A stretch of 64,000 nt of DNA from an uncultured Clostridia bacterium (GCA_963556905.1 CAUWAY010000002.1:837-64836); one strand, 5' to 3'. Counted from the stretch's first letter, positions 10,176 through 20,395 are shown. Program-made: numbers and translations. Notes: a model not told the origin generated them from the letters alone.

Positions 10176-11339
10176 TTGAGTGAACAAAATAAAAAAATGA
10201 AAGAAAATATAGAAATCTCTCAAGAACAAGCAACTGTAGTTGGAGACTCTAAAATGAGTTTAGAAGAAATTGCTAAACGAGAAGAACAATACAAAGCATT
10301 AGTAGATTTCTTTAAAAAAGATATTGAAATAAAAACTACTTTAATGAACTTAGCACCAAAATCAATTGATGAATATAGTGAAGAAAGTAGGATGGATTAT
10401 TTAGATAGACTATTTTACGAACTAAAGGACATAGAGTTTAAATTTAAAGCAATTGCGAAAAACTTTAATATAGGACTTCAACTAGAAAATAGTTTTAAGA
10501 CTTACTTTGATAGACTAAAAAAGGAACTTTCTGAACTAGGATATGGTTGTAGACATGAAAATCTTCAAAAAATTTATCAAAAAATATTTACAGATATGAA
10601 ACCAGAATTATTAGAGAAAACTAAGCAAACTTTTTGTGGTTACACAATGTTTGGAGGTTTAGAAGCAGTATCTAGTATGATGGATGATGTAGGAAGTATA
10701 AACGAATTACTTCATATTACACATTCATCAATAATAAATGATGAAGAACTTCTAGAATCTATGCCTATTATAGGGACCAAGAAAAATTCATTTGGTCATA
10801 ATATAACTTTATTTGGTAAAGAAAATGAAGTTTCAAAAAAAATATTTGAAAATATTCCTCTTGACTTAGACGTAGGATGTACTGATATAGTTTCTATGGA
10901 AGAAAGAACATTAATGATGGTAAGAGATAGGGGACACGCTTTAACTATAGATATAGATTCTATAGATAAAGATAATATAGATGTTAGATATTTTGTGCCT
11001 AAAATATGTAACTTAGATATGGTAAAGGCCCTACCAGGAATTAATGCAAGTAGTATTACTGAAAATGGTGCAAGTGGATTTTTTGTTTCAAAAGGAGAAA
11101 ATATTTCTGAAAGTATATTTAATTTTATTGATAGTGTTCCAACTGATATAGATATACCTGAAAATGAAAAATTGACAGATACTAAAATTACATCTTTATT
11201 TAGTATAGATGATGTTAAGAGTTTGGCTACTAGCAGAAAGTTTGGTGAAATAAAAGAACTATTTGCTAAATTTAAAGAATTTATAAAGTCAAAAAATAAT
11301 GTAAAAACAAAAGGAGAAGATAAAGGAAAAAATGATTAA
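10176..11339 (+). CDS. Hypothetical protein (387 aa), TTG start
   Basis: GGAGG RBS 8 nt upstream of the TTG. Long ORF with native AT-rich composition; no motif recognised. Confidence 0.5.
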   Translation: MSEQNKKMKENIEISQEQATVVGDSKMSLEEIAKREEQYKALVDFFKKDIEIKTTLMNLAPKSIDEYSEESRMDYLDRLFYELKDIEFKFKAIAKNFNIGLQLENSFKTYFDRLKKELSELGYGCRHENLQKIYQKIFTDMKPELLEKTKQTFCGYTMFGGLEAVSSMMDDVGSINELLHITHSSIINDEELLESMPIIGTKKNSFGHNITLFGKENEVSKKIFENIPLDLDVGCTDIVSMEERTLMMVRDRGHALTIDIDSIDKDNIDVRYFVPKICNLDMVKALPGINASSITENGASGFFVSKGENISESIFNFIDSVPTDIDIPENEKLTDTKITSLFSIDDVKSLATSRKFGEIKELFAKFKEFIKSKNNVKTKGEDKGKND

Positions 11340-11396
11340 AATACCTGATATTGCTAAAGAAACTTTTATATTTTAAATTATTTTGATTCTAATTTT

Positions 11397-11801
11397 GTGG
11401 CTAAAATACCAAATAAATTTTTAGAAAATTTAAAGAAGATAGCAGAAAAATCTCAAATTACTGTAAATATAGATATGCATAAAAAATTGAAAGAACAAGA
11501 AATATCTGAAGAGTGTAAAGATTTAATATCTTTAACTTATTATAATTATGTAGCAAATGAAAATGATAAAGAAGAAATTTTAAAATGTTGGAATAAAAAT
11601 GAGGAAAAATATCAAGATGAATTAAATAAAAAATATAATGCTAATGACGTTTTTAAAAACATTCATAATAATGTAGAAAAACATACTGATATAAATAAAA
11701 AAAGCGAGAAATCTAATTTGCCTCAGGTAATTGAAAATCATAGTTTTATTAAATGTATTTGGAAAAAGATAAAAAGACTATTTAATATGGATAATAAATA
11801 A
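11397..11801 (+). CDS. Hypothetical protein; resembles the C-terminal half of small XRE-type regulators but lacks an HTH
   Basis: GTG start, 134 aa. The IPNKFLENLKK...QEISEECKDLISLTYYNY...KYNANDVFK pattern resembles the tail of Firmicute XRE-family proteins, so it may be a remnant. Confidence 0.35.
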   Translation: MAKIPNKFLENLKKIAEKSQITVNIDMHKKLKEQEISEECKDLISLTYYNYVANENDKEEILKCWNKNEEKYQDELNKKYNANDVFKNIHNNVEKHTDINKKSEKSNLPQVIENHSFIKCIWKKIKRLFNMDNK

Positions 11802-11883
11802 TAATGTAAAAAAACATTATATAAAAATCAGTAGCAAAAAATACCTCTATGAATAAAATTAAAAGTAAGGAGGTGTTTTTATT

Positions 11884-12996
11884 ATGTATAAAGAAATAAA
11901 GAAAAAATTATTTTTTGGCATAATATTTTTAATAGTATTTTTATGTATGTCAAACAATTTAACATATGCAATAACAGAAAAATCAGAATTAGAATATGAA
12001 GGAATAGATGTTAGCAATTGGCAAGGCTATATAGATTATGAAAAAGTAAAAGAAGCGGGAATAGAAGTAGTATATATCAAAGCAAGTCAAGGAAGTACAA
12101 TAAAAGATGCATATTTTGACATAAATTACGAAAATGCAAAAAGCAATGGCATCAAAGTAGGATTTTATCATTTTTTAACAGCAACAAATAAAGAAGAAGC
12201 AGAGCAAGAAGCAAAATTTTTTGTTTCTGTTATATCTGGGAAAGAACCAGACTGCAAGCTAGTAATGGACTATGAAGTTTTCAATGGGAACAATAGAGAA
12301 GAAATAAATATAATAGCAAAAGAATTTCTAAATACAGTAGAAAATCTAACAGGAAAAAAAGCTATAATTTATAGTGATTTATCAAATGCACAAAATATAT
12401 TTAATGAAGAGTTAGCACAAAATTATGAATTATGGCTTGCATATTATGGAAACTATTCTGAACTTACAGATGTTAAAACAAAATGGGAAAACTATATAGG
12501 AGTACAATATACAGACAGAGGAAGAATTTCAGGAATAAGAGGAGCAGTTGACAGAGATAAATATAGTAAAGAAGTATTTTTAAATGAAACATCAGAGATT
12601 CAAAATAATACTGAAATAAATGAATACAACACAGAAACAATATATTATACAGTAAGAAGAGGAAATACTTTAAGTGGAATTGCACAAAGATATGGAACTA
12701 CATTTCAAGAAATAGCAATAATAAACAATATAATTAATCCAAATTTAATATATCCAGGTCAAAGACTTAGGATACTGACAAATTCAAATATAAGGGGAAA
12801 TGAAGAAAGAGGTCTTGGAGATATAGTATATACAGTAAAAAGAGGAGACACATTATGGAAGATATCAAGAACATACAATGTTACAATACAGCACATTGTA
12901 GAAATAAATAATATTCAAAATCCAAATTTAATATATCCAGGTGAAAAAATTAGAATAACAGAAAGTAACATTCAAAATTTAAGTCCATTGAATTAA
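11884..12996 (+). CDS. GH25 muramidase (lysozyme) with signal/TM anchor and two C-terminal LysM domains
   Basis: [33 protein letters not shown]25 signature and DYE catalytic region. Two LysM repeats are present: [17 protein letters not shown]...IYPGQRLRI and [17 protein letters not shown]...IYPGEKIRI. Confidence 0.85.
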   Translation: MYKEIKKKLFFGIIFLIVFLCMSNNLTYAITEKSELEYEGIDVSNWQGYIDYEKVKEAGIEVVYIKASQGSTIKDAYFDINYENAKSNGIKVGFYHFLTATNKEEAEQEAKFFVSVISGKEPDCKLVMDYEVFNGNNREEINIIAKEFLNTVENLTGKKAIIYSDLSNAQNIFNEELAQNYELWLAYYGNYSELTDVKTKWENYIGVQYTDRGRISGIRGAVDRDKYSKEVFLNETSEIQNNTEINEYNTETIYYTVRRGNTLSGIAQRYGTTFQEIAIINNIINPNLIYPGQRLRILTNSNIRGNEERGLGDIVYTVKRGDTLWKISRTYNVTIQHIVEINNIQNPNLIYPGEKIRITESNIQNLSPLN

Positions 12997-13124
12997 ATGG
13001 ACTTGTTTTTTACTAAAAAATAATGTATATTATACAATAAAAGAACAAAGAAAAAGTAAAAAAACTAATAAAAGCCGTAAATTATTTATATTGACTTTGT
13101 CTTTTGAAAGGAAAGATAGAAAAA

Positions 13125-14498
13125 ATGGATATAAAAAAGAATCAAGAACATATAGTACAAATAATAGATAATGGATATGAAGGAGAAGGAATTGCCAAAA
13201 TAGACAACTTTACTATATTCATACCAGGAGCAATAAAAGGAGAAAAAGTAAAAATATTAATAGTAAAAGTATTATCATCACATGCATTTGGAAAAATATT
13301 AGAAGTAATAGAAAAATCAAATATGAGACAAGAACCAGATTGCCTAACATATAAAAGATGTGGTGGCTGTAATTTAAGACATATAAAATATGAAGAAACG
13401 CTAAAAATGAAACAAAATGCAGTCCAAAGTCTTGTAAACAAAACTTTAGAAAATAAAATACAAGTTCAAGAAACAGTAGGGATGAAAGATCCTTTTTATT
13501 ATAGAAACAAAGCACAATATCCATTTGGGTTAAATAAAGCTAATGAGCCAATAATTGGAGTATTTGCAAACAGGACACATGAAGTAATACCTATGGAAAA
13601 ATGTATGATTCAAAATTCTATTTCTGAAGAAATTGCTCAATATATATTACAATTTGTAAAAATAAACAAAATAAGTATATATAATGAACAAACAGGAAAA
13701 GGATTACTTAGGCATCTAGTAATAAAAGTAGGAATAAAAACTAATCAAATAATGTGTATTTTAGTTATGAATGGAGAAAAATTAGAACAAGAAAAACAAT
13801 TAGTACAAGAATTAAAAACAAAGTTTCCTCAAATAAAAACAATTATAAAAAATGTAAATACTAAAAATACAAATGTAATATTAGGGCAAAAAAATATAAA
13901 CATTTATGGAAATGGATATATAGAAGATATTTTAGGAGAATATAAATTTAAAATATCTCCATTATCTTTTTATCAAGTGAACCCTATACAAGCAGAAAAA
14001 TTGTATAACTTAGGAATTGAAAAGGCTAAAATATCAAAGGAAGATACAGTGTTTGATTTATACTGTGGGATTGGTACTATTTCACTATTTATGGCAAAAT
14101 ATGCAAAAAAAGTTTATGGAATTGAAATTGTAAAGGAAGCAGTAGAAGCGGCAAAAGAGAATTCTATTTTTAATAATATTGATAATACAGAATTTATTGC
14201 AGGAGACGTTGAAGTAGTATTAGATGAACTTATTAATAAAAAAGGAATAAATGCTGATATAGTTATGTTTGACCCTCCTAGAAAAGGATTAGACCAAAAT
14301 AGTATTGCTAATATTTTAAAAATTATGCCTAAAAAGATTATTTATATTAGTTGTAATCCAGCAACTCTTGTTAGAGACTTATTAGAATTTGAAAAAGGTT
14401 ATGAAATTAAGAAAATTATTCCTGTTGATATGTTCCCATGGACAAGTCATGTGGAATGTGTGTCTCTATTGGAATTGAAGGAAAATGTTGAAATATAG
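13125..14498 (+). CDS. 23S rRNA (uracil-5-)-methyltransferase, RumA/RlmD family
   Basis: N-terminal TRAM domain, Fe-S cysteines CLTYKRCGGCNLRH, SAM motif DLYCGIGT, then DPPRKG and SCNP. The ATG at 13125 is preferred over the TTG at 13104. Confidence 0.85.
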   Translation: MDIKKNQEHIVQIIDNGYEGEGIAKIDNFTIFIPGAIKGEKVKILIVKVLSSHAFGKILEVIEKSNMRQEPDCLTYKRCGGCNLRHIKYEETLKMKQNAVQSLVNKTLENKIQVQETVGMKDPFYYRNKAQYPFGLNKANEPIIGVFANRTHEVIPMEKCMIQNSISEEIAQYILQFVKINKISIYNEQTGKGLLRHLVIKVGIKTNQIMCILVMNGEKLEQEKQLVQELKTKFPQIKTIIKNVNTKNTNVILGQKNINIYGNGYIEDILGEYKFKISPLSFYQVNPIQAEKLYNLGIEKAKISKEDTVFDLYCGIGTISLFMAKYAKKVYGIEIVKEAVEAAKENSIFNNIDNTEFIAGDVEVVLDELINKKGINADIVMFDPPRKGLDQNSIANILKIMPKKIIYISCNPATLVRDLLEFEKGYEIKKIIPVDMFPWTSHVECVSLLELKENVEI

Positions 14499-14541
14499 GA
14501 AAAAATATTGAAATAATATATAAAATTTAGGAGAATTTACT

Positions 14542-15204
14542 ATGCAAAAAATATTAATAGTAGAAGATGACAAATTATTAGCACAAGAATTAAAAGAATT
14601 ACTAGAAAATGCAGGATATCAAGCAATAAAATTAAATAACTATGAAGAAACGACCAAAAATATATTAAAACAAAATGCAAACTTAATTTTATTAGATATA
14701 AACTTACCAAACAACAATGGACAAATATTATTAAAAGAAATTAGGAAAAAATCAAATATACCAGTTATCATGGTAACAAGTAGAGATACAGACATAGATG
14801 AAGTAATAAGCATGAGTTCAGGAGCAGATGACTATATTACAAAACCATATAATCCAACAATATTGTTATTAAGAATAGAAGCCGTATTAAAAAGAACACA
14901 AAATGAGCCACAAAAAATGGAATACAAGAATATAAAGATAGACAGAGCAAAAAGTCAAATAATATGTGAAAATAAAGTAATTGTACTTTCCAAAAATGAA
15001 ATATTAATGTTAGAATATTTATTAAAAAATCAAGGAAAAATAGTATCAAGAGAAGAAATAATGAGCTATTTATGGGAATCAGAAGAATTTGTAGATGATA
15101 ATACTTTAACTGTAAATATTTCAAGATTAAGAAGTAAATTAGAAATAGTAGGACTAAAAAATGTAATTGAAACTAGGAGAGGACAAGGTTATATATTAGT
15201 ATGA
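14542..15204 (+). CDS. OmpR-family response regulator (BceR-like)
   Basis: Receiver domain (EDD, LLDINLP, K in TKPY) plus a winged-helix output domain ending RRGQGYIL. It overlaps the kinase gene by 4 nt. Confidence 0.9.
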   Translation: MQKILIVEDDKLLAQELKELLENAGYQAIKLNNYEETTKNILKQNANLILLDINLPNNNGQILLKEIRKKSNIPVIMVTSRDTDIDEVISMSSGADDYITKPYNPTILLLRIEAVLKRTQNEPQKMEYKNIKIDRAKSQIICENKVIVLSKNEILMLEYLLKNQGKIVSREEIMSYLWESEEFVDDNTLTVNISRLRSKLEIVGLKNVIETRRGQGYILV

Positions 15205-16214
15205 AATTAAAAGATTATATAAAAGATAATATAATTAATATAACAACATATTTAATAACATTAATAATACTATTTTTATTTTTTAGAGTATTAAAGGTAA
15301 GTAAAGAAGTACATATTTGCACATATATTATCTTGTTTTTATGTGGAATACTACTTTTCTTTTATAACTATAACAGAAAAAGAAAATTTTATAATGAAAT
15401 AACTAAAAAATTAGAAAATTTAGATAAAAAATATATTATTACAGAATTAATAGAAAAACCAAACTTTTTAGAAGGTCAGATTTTCTATAATTCATTATAT
15501 GAAATAAATAAAACAATGAACGAAGAAATAAAGAAATATAAACTAAGTTTAGAAGAATTTAAGGAATATATTGAAATGTGGGTACATGAAGTAAAACTTC
15601 CTTTATCTAGCATACTACTTATGACATATAAAAAAGACGATATTAGCAAAGTAATAGAACCAACAAAAAGAATAGAAAATTTTGTAGAACAAGTACTATA
15701 TTATTCAAGAAGTGAAAATGCAGAAAAAGATTACATAATTAAAGAATGTGATTTAAAAGAAATTATAAACAAAGTAATCAAGAAAAATAAAGAAATTTTT
15801 ATCTTAGAAAAAATAGAAATAAAATTAGAAAATTTAGACAATAAGAAAATATTATCAGACAGTAAATGGCTAGAATTTATAATAAACCAAATTATTAGTA
15901 ATAGTCTAAAATATGTAAATAAAGAAAAATCTGTTATAACAATTACAGCAAGTGAAACTGAAAAAAATACAATATTAAAAATACAAGACAATGGAATAGG
16001 AATACCTAAAACAGATATAAAAAAGGTATTTGATAAATCTTTTACAGGGGAAAATGGAAGAAAAATTCAGACTTCAACAGGAATGGGACTATATATTGCA
16101 AAACAATTATGTGAAAAATTAGGGCACAAAATAGAAATCGAATCAGAAGAAAACAAATACACAAGTGTATCTATTACTTTCTCAAAAAATCAATTTTATA
16201 ATATTATAAAGTAA
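15201..16214 (+). CDS. Intramembrane-sensing histidine kinase (BceS-like)
   Basis: Two N-terminal TM helices with almost no extracellular loop, H-box HEVKLPLS, and N/G boxes NSLKY, DNGIGI and GMGLYI. Confidence 0.85.
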   Translation: MKLKDYIKDNIINITTYLITLIILFLFFRVLKVSKEVHICTYIILFLCGILLFFYNYNRKRKFYNEITKKLENLDKKYIITELIEKPNFLEGQIFYNSLYEINKTMNEEIKKYKLSLEEFKEYIEMWVHEVKLPLSSILLMTYKKDDISKVIEPTKRIENFVEQVLYYSRSENAEKDYIIKECDLKEIINKVIKKNKEIFILEKIEIKLENLDNKKILSDSKWLEFIINQIISNSLKYVNKEKSVITITASETEKNTILKIQDNGIGIPKTDIKKVFDKSFTGENGRKIQTSTGMGLYIAKQLCEKLGHKIEIESEENKYTSVSITFSKNQFYNIIK

Positions 16215-16236
16215 CCTTACAGAGATGTAAGGTTTT
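16213..16236 (+). terminator. Hairpin after the kinase gene that also matches a BceR-type operator (TTACA-N4-TGTAA)
   Basis: aaccttaca gaga tgtaaggtt: a 9-bp stem and 4-nt loop followed by tttt. Its core TTACAgagaTGTAA lies at 16217-16230. Confidence 0.55.
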
Positions 16237-16307
16237 GTTATATAAATCAATGGAAAATAAAAATTTAAAAATGTATAATAAAATTAATAAAAAAAGGAGG
16301 GATATAA

Positions 16308-17075
16308 ATGTCAAATATTTTAAAATTAGACAAAGTAGAAAAATACTATGGTAATAAATCAAATGTAACAAAAGCAGTAGATAATATATCTTTTGAAGTT
16401 GAAAAAGGAGAATTTGTTGCCATAATGGGTGCAAGTGGTTCTGGGAAAACAACTTTATTAAATTGCATGTCAACTATTGATAAAGTAACAAGTGGACATA
16501 TCTTTGTAGATGGGCAAGATATTACAAGATTTAAAGGAGATAAATTAAATGACTTCCGTAGAGAAAATTTAGGATTCATTTTTCAAGACTTTAACTTATT
16601 AGATACATTAACAGCCTATGAAAATATTTCACTAGCACTTTCTATACAAGATGTTGGAATAAAAGAAATAACTAAACGAGTAAATGAAATTGCAACAAAA
16701 TTAGGAATAACAGAAGTTTTAAATAAATATCCATATGAAATGTCTGGAGGTCAAAAACAAAGAGTAGCAGTAGCAAGAGCAATTATAACTAATCCAAAAA
16801 TAGTTCTAGCAGATGAGCCAACAGGGGCATTAGATAGTAAATCTTCAAAAATATTATTAGAAACTTTTAACTATTTAAACACAAAATTAAATGCTACTAT
16901 TTTGATGGTTACACATGATTCTTTTGCAGCTAGTTTTGCTAATAGAGTAATTTTTATTAAAGATGGAAAAATATACAATGAAATATATAAGGGAAACCTG
17001 GATAGAAAAACATTCTTTGACAAGATTATAAATGTAGTAACCTTGTTAGGAGGGGATGTTAATGATGTACTTTAA
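16308..17075 (+). CDS. ABC transporter ATP-binding protein (BceA/MacB type)
   Basis: Walker A GASGSGKTT, signature MSGGQKQR, Walker B LADEPTGALD and H-loop VTHD. Confidence 0.9.
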   Translation: MSNILKLDKVEKYYGNKSNVTKAVDNISFEVEKGEFVAIMGASGSGKTTLLNCMSTIDKVTSGHIFVDGQDITRFKGDKLNDFRRENLGFIFQDFNLLDTLTAYENISLALSIQDVGIKEITKRVNEIATKLGITEVLNKYPYEMSGGQKQRVAVARAIITNPKIVLADEPTGALDSKSSKILLETFNYLNTKLNATILMVTHDSFAASFANRVIFIKDGKIYNEIYKGNLDRKTFFDKIINVVTLLGGDVNDVL

Positions 17076-19068
17076 ATTAGCCTTAAAAAATGTTAAAAAG
17101 AGCTTTAAAGACTATGCAGTATATTTCTTTACATTAATTGTAGGTGTATCTATATTTTACATGTTTAACAGTATAGAAAGTCAGACTCTTATGTTAGAAT
17201 TAACAAAAACAAAACATGAAATGTTAGAAACAATGTCACAGGTTCTTTCAATAATAAGTGTTTTTGTAGCATTTATATTAGCATTCCTTATCATATATGC
17301 TAGTGGATTTCTAATGAAAAGGAGAAAAAAAGAATTTGGAATATATATGCTACTTGGTATGAAAAAAAGAAAAATATCAAGAATTATTTTAGCAGAAACT
17401 TTGTTAGTAGGAATCATTTCATTAATTGTAGGGTTAATTGTTGGAATAGGATTATCACAATTAATGTCAGTAGTTGTTGCTAATATGTTTGAAGCAAATA
17501 TGACAAACTTTGCATTTACTTTTTCATCAAGTGCATTACTAAAAACTTGTATTTATTTTGCCATTATCTATTTAGTAATAATGATATTTAATGTAATATC
17601 TGTAAATAGATGCAAATTAATAGATTTAATAAATTCAAAGAAAAAATCAGAACAAGTAAAACTAAAAAATATAACTTTATGTGTAATTATATTTCTTATT
17701 GCAGTTGCAATGCTAGGATATGCTTATTATAATGTAACAATAAATAGAAATGAATTAGAAAAGGAAAGTCAAGTTTTAATGCAGGTAATTTTTGGAATAG
17801 TATCAACCTTTTTGATATTTTGGTCATTATCAGGTATGTTACTAAAAATAGTAATGACAATGAAAAAAACATATTATAAAGGAATAAATGCTTTTGTAAC
17901 AAAGCAATTGAGCAGTAAAATAAATACTACTGTAATTTCAACAACAATTATATGTTTAATGCTATTTGTTACAATATGTATATTTTCAACAGCTATGTCA
18001 TTAAATGATGCTATGAATGATAAAATTGAAAAATTACCAAATGTAGATATTGAAATAAACAAAAATAAAGATGAAAATGGATGTTCAATAAAACAAGAGT
18101 TTAAGCAAAATAACATAGATACAGAAAAATATTTTAAAGAAATTTATTCATTAAATATATATATTACAAATCAAGTAACACAAAAAGACACATTAGGAGA
18201 AACAGTAAAAGAAGTATTAGAAGAAAATCCATCAATGAAACTTGCATTAGATGAAAAAGAACAAATGATTAAAATAAGTGAATATAATGAAATTGCAAAA
18301 TTACTAGGAAAAGAAACTTTTGAGTTGAAAAGTGATCAATATATCGTTATTTCAGACCAAGAGTATATGAGTAGAATAAGAAGCAGAGCTTTAAAAACTA
18401 ATCCAATATTAAATATTAATGGAAAACAATATGCTCCTAAATATGAAGAAATAAAAAATATTAGTTTAGAAATAGATTCAGATATGAAAAATACAGGAAT
18501 TATAGTAGTATCAGATAAGGCAGTTAGTGAAGATATGAAAGCAATCAATAAAGTTTTTGCAAATTATAATACAGATGATAAAAAAGAAAAATTAAGAATA
18601 GAAGATGAAGTAAAAAAGAAATTACAAAATTTTGGACATACATATTCTATTACAAGACAAGAATTAGCAGATAGTAGTATAGGCTTTGGAGCAATGGTAG
18701 TATTTTTAGGACTATACTTAGGAATAGTATTTTTAATTTCTAGTGGAGCTATAATTGCTTTAAAAGAATTATCAGAAAGTAATGACAATAAAGAAAGATA
18801 TGATGTACTAAGAAAAATAGGGTGTAGTGAAAAAGTAATAAATAGAGCTTTATTTAAACAAATTGGATTATTCTTTTTATTCCCATTACTACTTGCTGTT
18901 ATTCATTCAATACCAGGAATTAGTGTAGCTTCATATATGATAGAAAATATGGGAAAAGGTAATATGCTTACTTCAATTATCCTAACAGCATGGTTTATTG
19001 TGTTGATTTATGGTGGATATTTCTTAATTTCATATTTTTCTAGTAAAAGAATTATAAGTGAAAAATAA
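17062..19068 (+). CDS. FtsX-family ABC permease with large extracellular domain (BceB type)
   Basis: About 668 aa, roughly 10 TM segments, and a roughly 200-aa hydrophilic loop between TM7 and TM8. Translationally coupled to the ATPase gene; the ATGs at 17062/17065 are better spaced from the GGAGG than the one at 17056. Confidence 0.85.
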   Translation: MMYFKLALKNVKKSFKDYAVYFFTLIVGVSIFYMFNSIESQTLMLELTKTKHEMLETMSQVLSIISVFVAFILAFLIIYASGFLMKRRKKEFGIYMLLGMKKRKISRIILAETLLVGIISLIVGLIVGIGLSQLMSVVVANMFEANMTNFAFTFSSSALLKTCIYFAIIYLVIMIFNVISVNRCKLIDLINSKKKSEQVKLKNITLCVIIFLIAVAMLGYAYYNVTINRNELEKESQVLMQVIFGIVSTFLIFWSLSGMLLKIVMTMKKTYYKGINAFVTKQLSSKINTTVISTTIICLMLFVTICIFSTAMSLNDAMNDKIEKLPNVDIEINKNKDENGCSIKQEFKQNNIDTEKYFKEIYSLNIYITNQVTQKDTLGETVKEVLEENPSMKLALDEKEQMIKISEYNEIAKLLGKETFELKSDQYIVISDQEYMSRIRSRALKTNPILNINGKQYAPKYEEIKNISLEIDSDMKNTGIIVVSDKAVSEDMKAINKVFANYNTDDKKEKLRIEDEVKKKLQNFGHTYSITRQELADSSIGFGAMVVFLGLYLGIVFLISSGAIIALKELSESNDNKERYDVLRKIGCSEKVINRALFKQIGLFFLFPLLLAVIHSIPGISVASYMIENMGKGNMLTSIILTAWFIVLIYGGYFLISYFSSKRIISEK

Positions 19069-19142
19069 AAGAGAGCAGCTTATGAAGTGAACCCTATATA
19101 GTGGACACTAAAAAAAGAAAGCTTTTTTCTTCAGAGACTACA

Positions 19143-19988
19143 TTAATTGTAGTCTCTATTTTTTATTCTTTTAGTATTATAAAATAATAACCAATCTTTT
19201 ACAATATCTATATATTCTTCTAAATTTGTGATATCATTATTGTAGAGAGTTTCCTTTTTTAATATGTCGTGGAAACTTTCCATTGGAGAATCATCTATTG
19301 GAGTGCCTTTTCTACTCATAGAAATTGTTATTCCATTTGATTTACAAACTTTTTTATATTGAAAAGATGTATATTGATGTCCTTGGTCTGAATGTAAGAT
19401 GAGCCCTTTTACATCTTTTCTTATACTTATTGCTTCATTTAAAGTATCTAAAACTATATCTATATCATTTCTATTACTTATTTTATACGTAACAATTTTT
19501 CTATCATATAAGTCTAAAATAGTTGATAAATATGCCCTTTTATTATTAAAAATTAAATATGTAATATCTGTTGTCCATATTTTATTTGGAGCATCAGTAT
19601 TAAAATTTCTATTTATAAGGTTAGGCTTTACATTTTCTTCTATTCGTTTGTATGCTTGATTTTTTGTTCTTCTTGTATATTTTGGTTTTAAATTATATTT
19701 ATGCATTATTCTTTGAACTTTTTTATGATTCATTATTAATCCCCATTTTTGTAATAAGCCTTTCTCGACTCTTCTATAACCATATGTTCCTTTTGATTCA
19801 TCAAATATTTCCTTGATTAAAAGATATTCTTTATAATCTTTATCAATTTGTTTATAATATTTAAAATAATTTGATTTAGATATATCTAGAACATCTAGTA
19901 AATCATTTAATTTGTACTTGCTCTTAAAAATATTTATGAAATTTATTTTCTCTCGTGTTGTTCCTCGAGAAAGGCTTGGTATTTTTTT
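19143..19988 (-). CDS. IS3-family transposase OrfB (DDE integrase domain), expressed as an OrfAB fusion by a -1 frameshift
   Basis: The A AAA AAA heptamer (minus strand, 19982-19988) lies in orfA (..ILKKY..). The -1 frame reads KKIPSLSRGTTREKINFINIFKSKYKLNDLL...GTYGYRRV... into the DDE domain (WTTDITY, HSDQGHQY, ESFH). Confidence 0.8.
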   Translation of the reverse strand, partial: KKIPSLSRGTTREKINFINIFKSKYKLNDLLDVLDISKSNYFKYYKQIDKDYKEYLLIKEIFDESKGTYGYRRVEKGLLQKWGLIMNHKKVQRIMHKYNLKPKYTRRTKNQAYKRIEENVKPNLINRNFNTDAPNKIWTTDITYLIFNNKRAYLSTILDLYDRKIVTYKISNRNDIDIVLDTLNEAISIRKDVKGLILHSDQGHQYTSFQYKKVCKSNGITISMSRKGTPIDDSPMESFHDILKKETLYNNDITNLEEYIDIVKDWLLFYNTKRIKNRDYN

Positions 19989-20230
19989 AATATTTCATAT
20001 CTTTCTTTATAATTTATTTTTGTACCTTTGACTCTACCTCGTTTTTGGCGAACTATTTGTCCTTTTTCTCGATACTTTCGTATCCAATTTTCTACTGTGT
20101 GCCAACTAGCAATATTATATTTTTTTGCAAGAGATACATATGTACCTTCATTATTTTGATATTCGTTAATCACTTTTTCTATTAACGCATCATCATAGTC
20201 TTTTCTATATTTTTGTCCTTTCTTTCCCAT
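19943..20230 (-). CDS. IS3-family transposase OrfA (HTH)
   Basis: Probable start MGKKGQKYRK at 20230 with a GGAGG RBS. HTH-like VSLAKKYNIASWHTVENWIRKY, and a leucine-zipper-like C-terminus ending after the slippery site. Confidence 0.8.
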   Translation of the reverse strand: MGKKGQKYRKDYDDALIEKVINEYQNNEGTYVSLAKKYNIASWHTVENWIRKYREKGQIVRQKRGRVKGTKINYKERYEILKKYQAFLEEQHERK

Positions 20231-20395
20231 AAAAAATACACCTCCGATTAAAGTATACCATAACTCTTTTTTATTATGGTCTACCAATCGGGGTGCATTT
20301 CATTAGCTGTTCTCTTTTATAAATTTATAGAAGGTGTAAGTATCATTAAACAACCAACTAACAAAAAAATATATATAAAATATTTAAAAAAGATA

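Larger units (their letters stand above)
19083..20302 (-). mobile_element. IS3-family insertion sequence (about 1.22 kb), apparently intact
   Basis: Imperfect terminal inverted repeats TGAAGTGAACCC... (19083-) and ...GGGGTGCATTTCA (-20302), about 16 of 26 matching. It is flanked by a 3-bp direct repeat TTA (19080-19082 and 20303-20305). orfA/orfB are arranged with an A7 slippery run. Confidence 0.8.
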
